A program made the position numbers and the translations under genes. Below the pieces are notes generated by a model that was not told where the DNA came from, made no database searches, and saw only the letters and a list, made by a program, of their open reading frames with translations. Below, piece by piece: positions 37,348 to 39,977 of a stretch of 39,977 nt of DNA. Where the stretch lies: sequence record SRR20825006_1900; one strand, given 5' to 3'. How positions within the stretch are numbered: position 1 is the stretch's first letter; the number at the start of each line of letters is the position of its first letter.

Positions 37348-39071
37348 GAGATCACCTCTTCAGTATTCAGCACGGGGGGATGGGAAAATGCGGTGCGCAA
37401 CGTGCGCGGTCTGGACAGGGGCTGGTCTTCAATGATGCGGCTATCACCACTTTTTACCGTCACCACCTTGGTTTTTGCCGTATTGATTTGTCCACGCAAA
37501 TCGTAGGACTCAATGCTTTGCGCGTAGTAGAACTCACCTTGTGCACGCTGGCGGGTCACATCTACCAGAATGAAACCTCGGGATTTGGCTTCCACATAGC
37601 GGATATGCGGATTGGCCACGGGAATCACCACGCCGGCAAGCTCTGCCACGCCATCCGGAAAACCGGGGCTGGTCACCGCTGGCGTAACAAACTCCGCTGC
37701 TAACGCTTTATCAAAAAGATCACCCAACAGGGTGCCTGGATTGCGATAAATTTCGCTGGCCCAGGAGGTGTGGATATCGCCGGTGAGAATCACCACGTTG
37801 TCGATATCGTTATCGTCGATGTGGTTCAGAATTTTCAGCCGATCCGCCGCGTAGCCATCCCACTGATCCATGTTGATGGCAGACAGATTGCCACGCAGTT
37901 GCGCATGGCGTTCGCTCAGCGAAGGAATCTCGGCGATATTGAGTTGCGCAAACATCACCTGCTGACCAATGAAGCGCCACTGGCTGTTCGATTCACTCAA
38001 GCTGTTGAGCAGAAAGTCCATCTGCTGCTCGCTGATCAGGTGTCGATCCTCGTCGTTACGCCCCGGATCGGCGGGTATGCTCAATTGCTCATCGCGACCT
38101 TCCAGCCGGGTATCCAGCATGGTCAGATCAATCAGGTCACCGAAGGAAAAGTTGCGGTAGATCACGCTGTGATTACCTGGCTCACGGGGCCGGATCGGCA
38201 ACCATTCGAAGTAGGCCTGCTGGGAAATCTGTTTGCGGGCAGCCCAATCCCCTTCGGTCAGCGGATCATGATTGCCCGCCCCGTCGCGGTAGCTGTTATC
38301 GGTGGATTCGTGGTCATCCCAGACAGCAATCATCGGGAATTGCTGATGCACCGCTTGCAGATCTTCGTCGGTTTTATACTGCGCATGGCGTTGACGATAA
38401 TCCGCCAGGGTGATCATTTCGTGGGGAGGCTGCGGATCGCGCTCGGGGAAATCACCGTACTCGCCGGCCCCGTACTCGTACAGGTAATCACCAAGGTGCA
38501 GGACAAAATCCAGATCCGCATGATTGGCCACGGCCCGGTATACGGAGAAAAATCCGTAGGGATAGTTGGCGCAGGAAACCACCGCAAAGCGGGCCCGGTC
38601 GATAAACGTTTTCGACGCGGGGAAGGTCCGGGTGCGCCCCACCAGTGACACCTGATCGCCCACGGAAAACTGATAGTAATACCAACGATCCGGCTGCAGC
38701 CCCGTGGCATCCTGCTTCACGCAGTAGTCGCTGGACGCACTGGCGGTGGCGGTATAGCTGGCCACCGTTTGCTGCATGGCCAGATCACTGGCCACAGTCA
38801 CGGTGACAGACACATCCTCTCCGCTGTCCCGATCCGGCGTCACCCGGGTCCAGAGAATGACACGATCAGACAGTGGATCTCCGGAGGCCACCCCATGCAG
38901 GAAAGACACGCCGGGCAGAGCGTCCGGGGCATCCGGTTCGTCCGGCAGACTGGGTGTGGGCGTATTGACCAGCGGCGCGGCTGAAGAGCTGCTGTCGCCA
39001 CCACAACCCGCCAGCGACAATGCGCCCCCAACGCCCAGCGCCTGCACGAGGGTGCGTCGTTTGCGATCCAT
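37344..39071 (-). CDS. phoD: PhoD-family alkaline phosphatase, Tat lipoprotein
   Basis: RRTLV twin-arginine plus LAGC; HGVASGDP, HLGDYLYE, WDDHE, DQWDGY, TGDIH. Confidence 0.93.
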   Translation of the reverse strand: MDRKRRTLVQALGVGGALSLAGCGGDSSSSAAPLVNTPTPSLPDEPDAPDALPGVSFLHGVASGDPLSDRVILWTRVTPDRDSGEDVSVTVTVASDLAMQQTVASYTATASASSDYCVKQDATGLQPDRWYYYQFSVGDQVSLVGRTRTFPASKTFIDRARFAVVSCANYPYGFFSVYRAVANHADLDFVLHLGDYLYEYGAGEYGDFPERDPQPPHEMITLADYRQRHAQYKTDEDLQAVHQQFPMIAVWDDHESTDNSYRDGAGNHDPLTEGDWAARKQISQQAYFEWLPIRPREPGNHSVIYRNFSFGDLIDLTMLDTRLEGRDEQLSIPADPGRNDEDRHLISEQQMDFLLNSLSESNSQWRFIGQQVMFAQLNIAEIPSLSERHAQLRGNLSAINMDQWDGYAADRLKILNHIDDNDIDNVVILTGDIHTSWASEIYRNPGTLLGDLFDKALAAEFVTPAVTSPGFPDGVAELAGVVIPVANPHIRYVEAKSRGFILVDVTRQRAQGEFYYAQSIESYDLRGQINTAKTKVVTVKSGDSRIIEDQPLSRPRTLRTAFSHPPVLNTEEVIS

Positions 39072-39257
39072 GAGAATTCCCCCTAACCATAAAAGGCCAT
39101 CGCCCTACGGCAACAGCACGTCAAGATTAGGCAGGAAATTGCACGGAAACAGTGGGCCTTGGGTAGTCGCACTGTAGTACTATGTAGCCCCCTGTAACCG
39201 CCCAGTTAAAGGTGACAAAACAGAGAAAAAGTCAGGAAATTTCGGTGATAGTGCCGA

Positions 39258-39902
39258 TCAAACCAGCGCAAACGCCCCCCGCAAATGCTGGCGCAGAGTC
39301 AGCAAATTTTCTTCCTGCACCGCCATTTCACCAAAACAATTGGCCATGGTGCCGGCGTATCGCAGGCCATCCTTTTCAATAGCCTCTGCGGTCAGCAAGG
39401 CGTGATTGATGCACCCCAGCTTCATACCGACAACCTGGATCACCGGCACATCCAGCTCCTTGGCCAGCCCGGACAACATCTCTCGGCTATTGAGCGGCAC
39501 GCGCCATCCGCCGGCGCCCTCAATCAGAATCAAGTCCGCCGGGTGGGCACTCAAGGCGCCCCGCACATACCCCACCAACCGGGACAGACTGATATCTTTT
39601 CCCTCTTGCTGGGCAGCGAGATGTGGCGCTATCGGCGCCTTGAATGCCACCGGGTTAACCATCTCGTAGGGCAGCTTCACTGAGCTGGCCGCCATCAACT
39701 GCAGGGCATCTTCATTGCGCCACCCATCCGGCGTCTCATCACAGCCCGCAGCAACCGGCTTGAGCCCATAGCAACTCAATCCGGCTTCCCGGGCTCGCTC
39801 CAACAGGCGACAGCTCACCCAGGTCTTGCCGACTTCGGTATCGGTGCCGGTGACAAAGAAGATGCCCTTGAGGGCGGGGAGCGGTGGTTTTTGATCGGAC
39901 AT
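39258..39902 (-). CDS. bioD: Dethiobiotin synthase
   Basis: TGTDTEVGKT, KPVAAG, EGAGG, LGCINH. Confidence 0.97.
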   Translation of the reverse strand: MSDQKPPLPALKGIFFVTGTDTEVGKTWVSCRLLERAREAGLSCYGLKPVAAGCDETPDGWRNEDALQLMAASSVKLPYEMVNPVAFKAPIAPHLAAQQEGKDISLSRLVGYVRGALSAHPADLILIEGAGGWRVPLNSREMLSGLAKELDVPVIQVVGMKLGCINHALLTAEAIEKDGLRYAGTMANCFGEMAVQEENLLTLRQHLRGAFALV

Positions 39903-39947
39903 ATCTGTTTTCGTCTTCTGGTTTCAGGGGCTTGATCTGGATTACGC

Positions 39948-39977
39948 CGAGTTTCGAGTTTCGAGTTTCGAGTTTCG
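39948..39977. repeat. Perfect heptamer tandem repeat (CGAGTTT)n, at least 4 copies, truncated by the window edge
   Basis: CGAGTTT x4 + CG. Confidence 0.9.

Noticed and set aside
39072-39257. Pho box upstream of phoD
   Set aside because: Only a single TGTCAC half-site (~39212-39217, minus strand) with no convincing 11-bp-spaced partner.
1-39977. CRISPR arrays, tRNA/rRNA genes, integrases or IS transposases, chaperone-usher or type IV pilus genes
   Set aside because: No repeat-spacer periodicity, RNA gene signature or corresponding protein motifs found by inspection.

Overview
GC-rich gammaproteobacterial chromosome segment; gene content and order suggest a marine Alcanivorax-like organism (inference). 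Right two-thirds (16.8-40 kb): conserved housekeeping genes. These are the nnr-tsaE-amiB-mutL-miaA-hfq-hflX-hflK-hflC superoperon (minus strand), queG, orn, rsgA, a rhodanese, psd, a PhaC-like hydrolase, a GT9 glycosyltransferase behind a well-formed Pho box, two lipoprotein phosphatases (PhoD and a purple-acid-phosphatase-like enzyme) and bioD. Left 16.4 kb: a six-gene minus-strand operon of exported proteins. It encodes a small stand-alone DUF11-like protein, two ~950-990 aa paralogous Ig/DUF11 proteins, a ~2100 aa protein with a large C-terminal outer-membrane barrel, an OmpA lipoprotein, and a GEVED/L-lectin/CshA-like adhesin that is missing from the ORF track and runs off the left edge. 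Key observation: a DUF11 (Lys-Asp-Asn isopeptide-type) domain is split across the ends of these proteins. The Asn-bearing last two strands sit at the mature N-termini, and the Lys/Asp-bearing remainder sits at the C-termini. This suggests a Gram-negative fibre polymerised head-to-tail by donor-strand complementation and autocatalytic intermolecular isopeptide bonds. In that model the barrel protein is the anchor/translocon, the small protein a catalytically dead chaperone, and the adhesin the tip. The motifs are visible in the sequence; the mechanism is a hypothesis.
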